Source: Octopus sinensis (lineage: Eukaryota). From it: a stretch of DNA of 64,000 bases. The translations under genes and the position numbers were made by a program. Each line of letters begins with the position of its first letter. Position 1 is the first letter of the stretch. The stretch lies in NCBI RefSeq assembly GCF_006345805.1, contig NC_043001.1, forward strand, positions 103,726,001 to 103,790,000, given 5' to 3'. Below the pieces are notes generated by a model. It did not search any database and had not been told where the DNA came from. It was given only the letters and a program-made list of their open reading frames with translations. Positions 36,676 through 49,963 of the stretch are shown piece by piece.

Positions 36676-37824
36676 AGGGATACAGAGAGTGATGGAGGAG
36701 GGAGGGAAAGAGAGAGAGGAGGAGACAAAGAGATATATAGGAGTAAAGGATGAAGACGAGAATTTCAGAAGTAAAGATAGATCTTTTCACGCGTTGAAGA
36801 TTTATTTAAAATCGATCTCCTTTGTATTCAGGGCGACAGTCTTTCACCCCATTTCTGAGTTGGTCTTTAGAACAGAACAGTCTTCTTTCAATGTTCGTTT
36901 CAATATGTCTACGGCCATAATTCTCATTCTTTTTTTTCCCCTCTTATTAATTCTATTTATCTTCATTTCTTTCTGCTAATCTTGATTTCTCTCACGTAAA
37001 AACTTCCTTAGATCTCATACAGAGAAAGATAAATGTAACAAATTACTAAGCAGAGGAAATTTATCAAGAATGTAGATTTATAAAAGGACAAAATAACAGG
37101 AAATATAAAATGAACAACTGTTTGTAACGAGAAAATGGCGGCGCTAATTATCGTACATCTATATTCATAGTGTAGCCAGGAGAAAAAGCAAGACTCATTA
37201 GAATTTACAGGGAGACCGATGAGAGAGAAAGAGGGAGGAAAATATCCTCAAACCGGAAGTGTGGCCTGAGTGCTGACAAGAGAAAAGTACGCAGGGCGCT
37301 ACTGCGCGGTGGCCTTTAAACAGGTCGATGGTATTAGTCTTCTTTCCCAGATAGACAGAAACTGGTTGAGACTGGATTATAAGGGCGTGGTATAAATGAG
37401 ATTTGGTAGCTATTTCTAGCTGGTTCGAAAACCATGTAAAGGACTACCTCGTAAATGAATTATACTGACATAACTAACTGAGATAGTCTTAATCATCGTC
37501 ATCATCAGCAGCAGCAACACTAACAGTAGCAGCAACGATAGTAGCAGCAGCAGCAGCATTGTAGTGGTGGTGGTAGTAGTCGTAGTAGTAGTAGTAGTAG
37601 TAGTCATCCAGTTGGTAATGTCATCAGATTCAATATGTATCGTGATTATCTTTCGATAAATGTTGTTGTTCATCATGAGAAACAACAGAACGACGGCAGA
37701 ACCGTTGGCGCGACGAACAAAAGTGCTTGGCGGCATTTCTTCCGGTTTTATGTTCCGAGATCAAATTCCACAGTGGACTGCTGTATCATGAGATAAAGTA
37801 ACTTGCTCAAGGCCACCATGCACC

Positions 37825-38040
37825 ACTCCATTTCGTATACATTCATCTTGATAGATTCCCTGTGAACCTAGGAGCAGTAAGTGACGAACAAGGCGAGGGG
37901 TCCCATCAGGACCTCAAGACCATGAAAGAGCGTTACCAAGGAAGAAGGGGGAAACAGTAAGAATTAGTAAAAAAATCTTAGTAAAAAAATCTTATGCAAC
38001 TGAGATTTCGAAAACAAATTCTTACCCTGTATAATATACG
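37825..38040 (+). repeat. Near-identical second copy of 36209-36424
   Basis: 216-bp direct repeat covering the Chapaev-like fragment and its flank. Confidence 0.9.
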
Positions 38041-38099
38041 AACCGAATATTCTAACCACTAATTAAGCATCGCGCCTTCACTAACAGCCATTTTACTAC

Positions 38100-38760
38100 C
38101 GTGTCAACAACCACCACCACCGCCACCACCACCACCACCACCATCTCCATCACGATCAATACTTCCACCACCACCACCACCTCCACGTCCACCATCATCA
38201 CCACCGTTGCTGTTCAATGGATAATTCCGTCCTCGTGAAATCTTTAAATAGAACTTTTATAGAATCGATGGAAAATTAATAAATTACAACGAGATTTGTT
38301 CATTAGAATTCTGCGTTAGAGAAATATCAATTTCCTGTTTTATGTCGGTAAAATACTGTTGACGGCCATTTTACAGTTTGGTGGTGGTTATAATACGCAG
38401 GGGCGGTGGCGGTACTGCTTGTGGTGGCGGTTGTGGCGGTGGCGGTCGTGGCAGCCGTGGTGGTGGTGGTGGTGATGGTTTTGGTGGTGGTGGTGATTAT
38501 ATTTTCGGTGGTAGTGATGTTATTGTTGTTGATATTGATGATCGTTATGATGGCAGTGTTAGGATCCGTGATGTTAGTGGTCATGGTGGTGGTGGTTTTG
38601 GTGGTGGTGGTAGTGGTGGTGGTGGTGGCGGTGGTGGGTGGTGGTTGTGGTGGTTGTTTTGGTGGTGTTGATAGTGGTGGTGGTGGTGGTTGTGGTGGTG
38701 GTGGTGGTTTTGTTGGTGGTAAATTGTTGTTGATGATGATGAAGATTAGTCTATGATGGC
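38100..38760. repeat. (ACC)n and (GGT)n degenerate triplet tracts
   Basis: Directly visible. Confidence 0.9.
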
Positions 38761-39083
38761 AATGTTGGTGTGAGGCAGCGATATGGGTTCGATATTAGCC
38801 GTCGTTCTTGTAATGTCAATGGTTGTAAGAATTAAGAGATAGTGACGTAATAAAGCGGATGGTTGTTCAATCATTCCACCAGCATACTTTTTCATATTTA
38901 AAGGAAAACCGGAAGTCCATTACTCAACAATGATTTATTTTCTAAGATAGGATGCAATTTGAGGGAGATCTGGCAGCTATTTTTAGCAGTTCTGCTCAGT
39001 ACTTAGAAACCCCAACGTTCGTCAGTATTAACTATAGTACGACAATCACACCGTGAACGTCCAGTTTTTTGTTATAATAACCA

Positions 39084-39462
39084 AGGCGCAGGAGTGGCTA
39101 GTGATAAGAACCACATAGCTTGCCAAACATGTGCTTGCCAACCACATGGTTCCGGGTTCACTCCCACCGCGTGGTATCTTAGGCAAGTGCCTTCTATAGC
39201 CTCGGGCCAACCAAAGCCTTTTGAGTGAATTTTGTAGACGGAAACTGAAGGAAGCCCGTCGCGTATATATATATATATATATATGTCTGTGTTTGTCCCC
39301 GATACCTGTGTGTTTATGTGCCCGTAACCTAGCGGTTCGGAAAAAGATACCGACAGAATAAGTACTAGGCTTACAAAGAATAAGTCCTGGGGCGATTTGC
39401 TCGACTAAAAGCGCTGCTCCAGGATAGCCGCAGTCAAATGACTGAAACAAATAAAAGAATAA
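39084..39462 (+). mobile_element. SINE family C, full length
   Basis: aaggcgcaggagtggc...ccgcagtcaaatgactgaaacaaataaaagaat. Confidence 0.92.
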
Positions 39463-39675
39463 AAGGAAAAGACTTCATTAAACAATGTGTTCTCCTTTCT
39501 TTAGATCTGCATTTTTACGAGGGAGACTTGGTTTCTATTTCTAGCTGATTGTGTGACATCAAGTAAGCTTCCTTGTGGTGGTAATTACAACAGTGTGGTT
39601 TGTGGTGGCAACGATGGTGGGTGTAGTGGTGGTGGTGGTGCTGCTGCTGATGCTGGTGGAGGTGGTGGCGGTCGC

Positions 39676-39747
39676 GGTGGCAGTGGCGGTACCGGTGGCA
39701 GTGGCGGTACCGGTGGCAGTGGCGGTACCGGTGGCAGTGGCGGTACC
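39676..39747. repeat. Perfect 18-bp minisatellite x4 (GGTGGCAGTGGCGGTACC)
   Basis: Four exact units inside a GGT-rich tract. Confidence 0.9.
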
Positions 39748-40326
39748 GGTGGCGGTGGTGGTAGTGGCGTAGTGGTGATTGGGGGTGATGTTCTTTTATT
39801 ATCGCGTTGTCGGTGCATTTCCCATCGAATCATGTCAGAGTGACCTGATTTATTTAAAAACATATAAAAACAAATTCTGTTGCACGAAACAACAAAGAAT
39901 AATGAGAGGATAGAAACGAAGAGAGGGGAGAGAAAGGGAGAGAGAGAGAAAGAGAGACTAACAGACAGAGAGAGAAAGGATGTGAACTAAATTATGAAAG
40001 AGAGAAACAGAGATTGAAAGGGTATGGAGAGAGAATAGAGAGGCAGATAGAAATATGCTGATGGTGAGAGATATTAAAAGTTAAAAGACGAGAGAGAGAG
40101 AGAGAGAGTAAAGTGTTAAGAGAGAGAGAAAGAGAGAGAGCGAATATAAACCGGGGGAGAGGAGTGGAAAATGGTCGTCCATTCTGTAGAGAACGTATGA
40201 AATACATGTGGAGTTTATTCATTTCTCTTAAGCTGACGCCTGCCGTTGTTTTGTTCTCTCTCGTTTACCTCCAAAGCTTTCAACAACATTCTACAAACTC
40301 AGAGCAGCGGCATTATGAAGCAGTCG

Positions 40327-40706
40327 TGGCACTCCGTCGGTTGCAACGACGAGAGTTCCAGTTGGTCCGATCAGCGGAACAGCCTACTCGTGAAATTAAC
40401 GTCCAAGTGGCTGAGCACTCCACAGTCACGTGTACCCTTAATGTAATTCTCGGGGAGATTCAGTGTGACGGAGAGTGTGACAAGGCTGGCCCTTCGAAAT
40501 ACAGGTGCAACAGAAACAGGAAGAAAGAGTGAGAGAAAGTTGTGGTGAAAGTGTACAGCAGGGTTCGACACCACCTCCTGCCGGAGCCGCTTGGAGCCTT
40601 AGGTGTTTTTGCTCAATAAACACTCACAACGCCCGGTCTGTGAGTCGAAACCACGACCCTGTGACTGCGAGTTCGATGCCCTAACCACTGGGCCATTGCG
40701 CCTCCA
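40327..40706 (-). mobile_element. SINE family B, full length, tRNA-Arg(TCG)-like head
   Basis: Reverse homolog of 53307-53662. ATGAAGCA at 40315-40322 and 40710-40717 is a candidate TSD. Confidence 0.92.
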
Positions 40707-41119
40707 CACATGAAGCAATATTTTCGATGAAATTAGAAATTTGTTGCTAGGAATGCCGTTGAGCAACTGAAAGTCTTATTTGAGTAGAAGGCTTCGTTTT
40801 TGGCCCCATGTCAATACTGAGTGTCTCAAATTTACATAACCCACCCACGCTCACCTTAATAAATCTGATGATTCGTCTCATGTTGGACGGTTTGTTGGCA
40901 GCAGCGGTAGAGCATCAGACGAAATAGTTTGTAGTGTGTAATATCATCTTTCTATATTTGTGTTTCGTTTCCGGTTTTGGCGCCTTTGTTGTTCATTCTT
41001 CCGATCGATTAAGTACGAATTCAATACTGAAACTAATGCAACTGTTTGATTGAGCTCCCAATATTGGTGGTTCTTTGCTCGCACTTGACTTCCTCGTAAT
41101 TGATAGTAGTATCCGTCTG

Positions 41120-41340
41120 AAGGCGCGTGGCCTTGTGGGTAGTGTATTGCTCGCAAGGTCGTGGTTTCGATTCCCAGACCGGTAGAGCGTTGTGTTTTTG
41201 AGCAAAACTTTTCAGTCCATGTTACTCCGCTCAGCTCTAATTGGGTAACCGTGCCACAGATCGGCGTTCTGGAGGGAGGAAATGTTTGCTTCCCGACCTA
41301 GCCAGTCGAGAAAGCGCATTGTGACAAGCGGTATATAACA
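41120..41340 (+). mobile_element. Head X SINE, diverged
   Basis: gaaggcgcgtggccttgtggg..ggtttcgattcccagaccgg..ttgagcaaaac. Confidence 0.7.
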
Positions 41341-41539
41341 ACATCCAATTTCCTGGTTGAAACAGTGTTTTTAGTATTCGCAATATACATATTTGTTCTG
41401 AATTCGATTCTTGTTTCATTTAATACTCCCCTCTGGGCCTTACTGAAATCGGTGGTCGTAATATAATGAGTTCGACAGCCATTCCTGGTCATGGAGTTCT
41501 TATGTCTCTTCTTAATAAAACGATATCATTGTGATAAGT

Positions 41540-41792
41540 GTGGTAAAGCGACGAGCTTAGCGCACCAGACAAACTGCTGAACGACATTTCGTCCGCCTCT
41601 AAGTCCTGTATTCAAATACTACCGAAGTCAACAATTTCGGGAGAGTTATATCAGCGTTCGACTAGTACTTATTTTATCGACTCCAGAATGATAAAAGGAA
41701 AAGGTGACCTCGGCGGAATTTGAACTCAGAACGTAAAGATTGACATGTCGATCTGTATTTTGCCCGGCGTGCTCATCATTCTGCCAGAATAT
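41540..41792. mobile_element. Tail-to-tail inverted pair of family A SINE fragments
   Basis: Plus fragment 41540-41635; minus fragment 41655-41792. Confidence 0.65.
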
Positions 41793-42519
41793 ATACTGGG
41801 AAAAGGAATTGTTGCGAAGCGTATATTTAACTCTGATTGAGCAGACCAATGAGTAAACTCATTCCAACTGTGACCTTTCCATTTTTTTAATCAGACGTAG
41901 TGTATCTAGGATTACATTATTCAATGTCTCATTCGTTTATTAAAGACGTTACATTTTTTTATTATCTGTAAATATAAAATTCATTTTCAAGAAGAATATG
42001 GGAAAAAACGGTTATCCCTAGAAACGGTTATCCCTAAATACGGATTATCCCTATAAGATATTCATATTTTATTCAATAAAGTGGTTTAATGATTCTTCAA
42101 TTTCATCGATTCCACAAACTTTACTAAGCGATTAATCTAAGTGGATTTAGTCAAGGTCGATTTTGTCCAAATTCGCTGGTTTATCTACGGAAAAAATTCG
42201 CCGACATCAGTTATATTTCCCACAATACATCATCTTTTTCACCTGTGAAGTCTGCAAGATTTAGTGACTTTCTTACCTACGTCTCTCTTCTCTAATTTAT
42301 AATTCTATCACGTCCATTATTCCGTGTGTCCGTCTTTAATTCCCCTATCTCTCACTCGCTCTTCAGTCTCTCTTCTCTTCTCCTTCAATGTCCAGTCAGC
42401 TATTTACATAAAATTTCCCTAGAAACAGCGGCAATCTTGGAAATACTAATCCTCTGACTTTGTCCATATAGCTTCCATTTCGTCAAGAAAATACTGACCA
42501 CAATTCCAATAACCAAAGT

Positions 42520-42576
42520 CACCTTCTTCTTCTTCTTCTTCTTCTTCTTCTTCTTCTTCTTCTTCTTCTTCTTCTC

Positions 42577-42629
<53 letters not shown>

Positions 42630-42740
42630 TATTATTATTTTCTTATTCGTCTCCTTCTTCTTCCTCATTCTTCCTCCTCTCTTTTTTCTCCTTCTCCTCG
42701 TCCTCCTGCTGCTGCTGCTACTGCTGCCGTTGCTGCTTTC
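42520..42740. repeat. (CTT)n/(ATT)n/(GCT)n compound microsatellite
   Basis: Directly visible. Confidence 0.95.
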
Positions 42741-43234
42741 TTTACGTCCCCAGTAAATTCAGCAGAAATCTAAGATGGTTTCTTTTCTCTCTCTTTCATT
42801 GCCAATTTAATCAGCATTAGAAAGCAAACGCCGACGTAGAGATTCCATTTTGAGGTTTCATCGTAAATGAAGTGAACAGAATAATTTAAATCTCAAACCA
42901 AAAGAACCACGAGTCACGGCATAGAATGAATAATACAACCTCATATATTCGGATTCCCAATATACTAATTTTAAAAATTCCAACCAGCATAGCCACAGAA
43001 ACTTACGCTATCTCTAACATTATCTCCACAAAATCTACAGTGTTATTCAAGTATATCAGCAGTTATCATCATGGAATCTCAGGTGTTATTACCGTGTCAC
43101 TCCTGGCCTTACCATAATGATGTCCCAGACTGTTTCGTTGTCAATAATTTTAAATTAGATCATTAGTTGATACCTTTAGTCCGTGTACATGATTAGAAAT
43201 CGGATTTGAAAAACAATTTAAATGTTTTGTGTGC

Positions 43235-43611
43235 TTACTCTTTTACTTGTTTCATTCATTTGACTGCGGCCATGCTGGACCATCGCCATTAGTCGAGCAA
43301 ATCACCCCAAGACTTATTCTTTGTAAGCCTAGTATTTATTCAATCGGTCGCTTTTGCCAAACCATTAAGTTACGGGGACATAAACACACCAGCATCGGGG
43401 GGGGGGGGGAGCAAACACAAACACACACACACACACACACATATATGCGACGGGCTTCTTCCAGTTTCCGTCTACCAAATCCACTCACAAGGCTTTGGTC
43501 GGCCCGAGGCTATAGTAGAAGACACTTGTCCACGTTGCCACGCAGCGGGACTGAACCCGGGACCACGTGGCTGGTAAGCAAGCTACTTACCACGCAGCCA
43601 CTGCTGCGCCT
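43235..43611 (-). mobile_element. SINE family C, full length
   Basis: Reverse homolog of 39084-39462. Confidence 0.92.
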
Positions 43612-43745
43612 ATTGTAGAAATATAAGCAATTTATTACAGATAAACTTTCACAAAATCTTGTATGAACCCCCAATGGGCTGTATGAACCCCGGTTGAGAA
43701 TTGTCATATCAATTTTCTGTTTGAGGGTTTGCGTAAGTCTATATA

Positions 43746-43999
43746 TATTTTGGGTGTTCAAAAAGTTTCTCCGCAGTATTTTATTGCAAAATACATATTT
43801 ATAAGATGGTATAAGACTACAAAAGAATATATTAGACTTTACAAGAATTTAAAAAACTTTATAAGAGGCGTTGAAAGTGTCGTCCTTCCTTTTCAATACA
43901 TAAGTTGACTCTTCTATACAGGTTTTGAAATACATCTTGGAGAGTCTGACGCAGGATGAAAAAAATTCACTGCGGAGAGACGTTTTGAACACCCTCCAT
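43746..43999 (-). mobile_element. Internally deleted Tc1/mariner element (MITE) with ~26-bp TIRs
   Basis: gggtgttcaaaaagtttctccgcagt (43752) is inverse to actgcggagagacgttttgaacaccc (43969). Internal minus-strand DVFQNLYRRVNLCIEKEGRHFQRLL* resembles the Tc1/mariner C-terminal CI..xGxHFEHLL. Confidence 0.8.
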
Positions 44000-45209
44000 A
44001 TGCGTGTGTGTGTGTGTGTGTACGTGTATGTGTGTGTGTGCATGTGTGTGTGTGTGAGAGAGAGAGGGGGAGACTCAAAGAGACAAACTAACAGACAATG
44101 TATGTCTTTGTGAGTGTCTGTGAGAGAGAGGGAGAGAATGTGCGCGTGTGTGTGTATGTGTGCACTTTTACGCGTTTTTGTGTGTTCCTATCTGTGAATA
44201 TGCATGAATGCTTCAGTTTTCTACATGTCTTTCGTCGTTGCTTTCAAAAACAATCAGCCATTAATTTTAATCAGAATTCCATTGCACCGGCGTTATCATT
44301 CCACTTGGACATATTCTGTAGAAGAACATTAGACGATGTTTGAATGATTATATTTTTTTATCACTTTCCTGTAATGAATGTTATATGATATTAATAGTTC
44401 ATTTCTAGCCATAAGCTAGCGATAAATGTCCATAGAAGCAGTTCTACTAAAATTACGAATGAACACATAAATAGGGCCCGGCCAGGATAAAAACTCAACA
44501 GAATTCGCTTAAAAGATATGGAAGCTTCTCATACGTATTATACTGATTAAGACTCTCCCTCGTTAATATTTTTCCGATCAATATGTAACATTATTTAGGC
44601 AAATAACCAATTATTGCTCTTACAGATCAAATATAATTGTGCGTGCTTATATACAATTATATACACACACACGTACACATACACACATACATTTACACAC
44701 ATATACACATGCACACATACATTCTAGAAAATGTTTTGGTACTATTTAATCACCATACATATGTTTAATTTGCAAATAGGAATCACAAAATTGGACATGT
44801 TAAATGAACACCTTAAGAAATTTCCTATTATATATCTAAGGCGGTGTTCCAGCATGGCCGCAGTCACATGACTGTAATAAGTAATATAAAGTAAAAGAAT
44901 ATTAGAAATTCTTCAGACAGAGAATATAATGATAATTCCTATTAGTAAATGAAACATGTGTAATGGTGTATATATAATACCGAATAATTTTCCGGATTCC
45001 TGTTTTGCTATATAACAACTCTACAAACGATATTTGTGGAATTTTCAATTCAGTGAGTTAGAATGCTGGAATAAGCAGGATGTACTTCAAGAGGACACAG
45101 CTTGGATTTTTTCCCTCCTTACACACACGCAAATATATGCAACCCCACAAACATACACAATCAGGCGTGTGCACAGATGCACACAGATATATATATATAT
45201 ATATATATA

Positions 45210-45307
<98 letters not shown>

Positions 45308-45599
45308 TAAGGAGAAGAGAAACAAATTCGCGTATATATTCATTCAAATCATATTAACGAATTTCTCCATGGTATACAAAAATAGACATAGATGCATTCA
45401 TCTATATGATATATAAAAAAAATTCTAAGAATTTATAAATACATAGATATACACGAAAATTTATAAATATTTAATAATTCATACATATGTAAAAATTTGC
45501 AATACATGAAATTTCATAAATATAAATATATAAAAAGCGTAAGTCCGTAAATTACTTGCGAAGTTCGAATGAAGAGGGTGATAAAGCGGAAGTAAAAGG

Positions 45600-45624
45600 A
45601 ATCATATATATATAATATTATATA

Positions 45625-45692
<68 letters not shown>

Positions 45693-45774
45693 TATATATG
45701 TATATATATTATATAATAATATATATATATATATCTATAAGATAGATATATATATATATATATGTATACATATT

Positions 45775-45807
<33 letters not shown>

Positions 45808-45939
45808 TATGTATACATATTATATAATATATATATATTATATATATATATATATATGTATACATATTATATATATAATATATATTATGTATATATATAT
45901 AATATTATATATATATATATATATATATGTAAAATATAA

Positions 45940-45971
<32 letters not shown>

Positions 45972-45979
45972 TATGCATA

Positions 45980-46015
<36 letters not shown>

Positions 46016-46157
46016 TATATATATATATATGTACATGTGTATAATATAATATATATATATATGTGTATACATATATATGTATATATATATTATACATATA
46101 TATGTATACACATAAATATATATTATATGTTATATATATGTATACATATATATGTAT

Positions 46158-46195
<38 letters not shown>

Positions 46196-46545
46196 ACATA
46201 TATATATACATATATACATATATATATACATCTATATATGTATACATATATATATGTATAATATATATGTATACATATATATATACAATATATATGTATA
46301 CATATATATATGTATACATTATATTACACTATATAATATGTATACATATTATATATTACATATTATATAGGTATACATATATAGATGTATACATTTATAT
46401 ATACATATATATATATAACATATATATATAATATATACATATTATATACTATATACAGATATAATATATTAATATATATATACATATTATATATGTATAC
46501 ATATATATAATTGGCATTATATAGATATATACATATATTATATAG
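45600..46545. repeat. ~950-bp degenerate (TA)n/(TATACA) tract
   Basis: Directly visible. Confidence 0.95.
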
Positions 46546-46559
46546 AATATATAGGGGGA

Positions 46560-46780
46560 ATTCACGAAAAAAAAAACAAAAGACAAAGACAGGTGGTGTA
46601 GAAAACAAACAAATGTATTAGGAATTGAAAAGCTTCTTTACGTTTCGAGCCTACACTCTTCTACAGAAAGGAACACAAAAAGAAACAAGGAGAAAAAAAT
46701 GTGTGTAGTGGCTACCGATCTAGCATGGCGACTGCCGGACAGCAGGGTCACACCGGAGAGTGAAGAAGTAGGGGAGAGAG
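46560..46780 (-). mobile_element. Penelope-like pseudo-LTR repeat (family HHR-B) with hammerhead motif at 46635-46670
   Basis: Minus strand: CTTT-CTGTAGA-A-GAGT(gtag)GCTC-GAAA-CG-T-A-AAGA. Confidence 0.65.
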
Positions 46781-47534
46781 AGAGAGAAAGAGACATAAAC
46801 ACACAGTAATGCACACATACATACATTCTTGAACATGTATTGAGTCTTGACTAAAAAGAAAAAAGGAGCCGTGTCAGTATGTTAGTTTTAATTTTACGAA
46901 GGACGAAACTCGAACTAAATCTCAACGCAACATGCAAACATATTCACTTACATGAATCCATAGAGGGAGACAAAAAGAGAATGCTGTTGATATGGAGTAT
47001 ATAAATAAGACCAACACAGGGAATAATGTTGGAACATTCTATCAAAACTTGTGCCCCGTGCAAACGTAATAGAACCGACAGAGCCATTATGGAGGGGAAA
47101 TGAAACTCATTTTGAGCCAGAGAGGTAAGATGTACGGCAGTTGTGAACAGCTCCTCTACGATCAGTAAGAAAGAGGTTAATAATGGACAACTGCTTCGAA
47201 ACGGGCAGTTTCTGTTTACTTCATTAGGAATTCAATCAATGCCAAGAGTTCCTGGCTATTTTCGTTAATGTTTAATTTGGTAAAGATTTTTCAGACAAAT
47301 AATGCGCTCTTTAAAAATGCAATCTCCAAAGTGGAAGAGAGAAGGTATATATATATATATATATAAGTTTTGCTGCAGTTCAACATGTAACTTTTGTAGG
47401 AGTTGTTGTCCAAATTCCTGCCATGGAATTTTATTTCTTTCGTTAGAGAGAAGGACCACCTGCAGAGGAGAAGCTGAAATAAACAAAGATAAGTAAAACG
47501 AAAAACGATGAGTGTTCATTTCGTAGAGGCACAC

Positions 47535-47832
47535 CACCGTCGGTTGCTACGACGAGGGTCTCAGATGATCCGATCAACGGAACAGCTTGCTCGTGAAATT
47601 AATGTGCAAAAACACATTTACTCCTAACGAAGCTCTTAGGGAGATTCAGCGTGACACAGTGCGACAAGGCTGGCTCTTTGAAATACAGGTACTACTCATT
47701 TTTACCAGGTGAGTAGACTGGAGTGACGTGAAATAAAGTGTCTTACTTAAGGACACAACGCTTCGCCGGGAATTGAACTCACGATCTTACAATCGTAAGC
47801 CGAATGCCCTAACCACTAAGCCACGCGCTTTC
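47535..47832 (-). mobile_element. Head X + family B tail SINE
   Basis: Reverse homolog of 23404-23692; cttacgat anticodon-loop region. Confidence 0.85.
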
Positions 47833-47909
47833 ACGTTCACTTCGTAGAGAGTTTCAAAGGAAATCTAAATCGAAATAATTATACCGCGAGAAGAGAAAAT
47901 GATATTGGT

Positions 47910-48230
47910 CTCAAATTCTGGCACAAGGCTAGCAGGTTTGCGGGAGGAACGAAGTCATTAACATTGACGCCAGTGCTCAGCTGGTACTTATTTTATCAAC
48001 CCGAAAAGGATGAAGAGGTAAGATCGATCCCGGTGGAATTTGAACTCAAAAGAATTTGTGCACAAAGTACATCGACCCCAGTGCTCAACTCGTAGTTACT
48101 TTATCAGCCGCAAAACAATGAAAGGCAAAGTCGACATCGGTGGAATTTGAACTCAGAACGTTCAAATTCCGGAAGAAACGCTGATAAGCATTCCATCCGG
48201 AATGCTAACGATTCTGCCATCTGTCCACCC
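47910..48230 (-). mobile_element. Two partial family A SINEs in tandem
   Basis: ggtggaatttgaactca occurs twice (~48033 and ~48140). Confidence 0.75.
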
Positions 48231-49621
48231 CACTAAGAGAAAGAAAATAATATTAAGCATTTATTATTGACTAATAGTATTTTGATTCTTTCAGCAAGTA
48301 CTGGTGTCATATCTGAACATGTCTCAACTTAGCAGACCTCCGCGAGCGAAGATCAGACTTTCCCATGAAAATCCGAGGCAGTAATAATAGAGAAAGAAGG
48401 GTCAAAGGTCCTTCCCAAACCATAGGCTCATAAGACTAGTTTCCCGGATTCTGTGGCGTATATATTCCCCTTGGATGGGACGCAGGTCCGTCGCAGACTA
48501 GAGAGATAGGAGAATAAGTAAATACCTAAGCAATAATGTACAATGAGAACCGTAGGAAATCGGAGTGTAGGATACATAGCATTCATTTGTGTGCTTAGAA
48601 AGCTGTTGTAGATGCACATTTATTACAGTTCAAACAGTCTTAGAACATAGCCATTCATCGTATTTTCTCCATGACAAAATACAGGTAACTGCTTTCTTAC
48701 GGGCCCGAATCTACCTCGAACAGGTTTGAACTGGTAACCAGTTGGTATTCATACACATCGCTGCTTAGCGTTATCACCTCGAATAAATATGTTAATTATT
48801 AGTCGAATAGTCATCTTACATTTTCCAAAGCAGTCATTACGGACGCGTAAAATCTACTCCCTCGTAGCATGTTTTGCTGGAAGATGGTTGCTTTAGAGAT
48901 TTCACTTTACATTCCTCATTCTCATAAATCATTAGGCGCGATTAAAAAAAAGGCGCGATTTAAAAAAATTTCCAGAATGTATATTTCCATTGCCATGTCA
49001 AACCCAATTCGAATTTATTCTTTCAAACTTTCCATATACATTAACCACTGAACTTTGTCCTATAAATTTGTGTCTATCTTCAATTTCAACAGACTTAACC
49101 AATATCGCCATTTTCCGTAATGACGCCACGCTGTGTGCATTCATAAAATGAAGACAACATAGCGTCTTAACTTAAAAAGAAAGTCTGGAGGGGGAAATAC
49201 CAAAGGTCGCCTGCGGCATTAAGAGTTATTCATAAAGTGAGTTCCATATTTGCAAGTAAGCCGAGAAATACAGATATTATTAACAGTAAATGATTTAATG
49301 AAGAAAACAATGGCTTTCTAATTGACTAGCTCAGTTTTAAAAACAAATGTAACGAATATGAAATTTTAATTAAAGTCAGATATATAAAAACACTTGGCCA
49401 GGTGGTTAGGGGTGTTCTACACACGATCGCCGGATCGTAGGTTCGATTCCCGAAACGAGCGACGTATTGTATTCTTGAACAAAACACTTCACGCTACTTT
49501 TGTGTTGTGTGGGGATCGGCCTGTCAAAGAATAGAGCCAACTGCGTGTAGTAAAAGGCGATTAATAGTCGTTGCGAAGAGTTTGCATCCCAACTTCATAA
49601 AACCGTCACCAGCAACGACAG

Positions 49622-49963
49622 TGAAGGCACAATGGCCCAGTAGTTAGGGCAGCGGACTCGCGGTCGGAGGATCGCGATTTCGATTCCCAGACCAGGCATT
49701 GTGTGTGTTTATTCAGCGAAAACACCTAAAGCTCCACGATGCTCCGGCAGGGGGTGGTGGTGACTCCTGTTGTACTCTTTCACTCCAACTTTCTCTCACT
49801 CTTTCTTCCTGTTTCTTGTCCCCGACTTCCTACGCAACCGCTGAGCCTGGATGCGCATTCATTCATCGGTCGATGCTCTCGGTGTCGGGGGTTGACCTGC
49901 TTTCTCTTCTGCAGGTCTTACGAATAGCAAAGTACCACGTTTCGGACTTCTCCCAATCCTGAG
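49622..49963 (+). mobile_element. Family B head with an alternative 140-bp tail
   Basis: tRNA-like head at 49622; tail cgacttcctacgcaaccgctgagcctggatgcgc...cccaatcctgag. Confidence 0.8.

Noticed and set aside
38378-39863. Gly-rich, Val-rich and Pro-rich ORFs
   Set aside because: They derive from (GGT)n/(ACC)n triplet repeats, with no start or splice context or domain support.
40864-40926. CTGATGA followed later by GACGAAA
   Set aside because: The hairpin after CTGATGA is followed by GTTT rather than GAAA, and the distal GAAA belongs to a degenerate family A SINE head.
47360-47459. Minus-strand peptide NKIPWQEFGQQLLQKLHVELQQN after a strong acceptor, reminiscent of the STAT5 linker [23 protein letters not shown]
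   Set aside because: Only 7 of 23 identities in a short ungapped match. The frame runs into a (TA)n tract with no donor, and no other STAT exons were seen.
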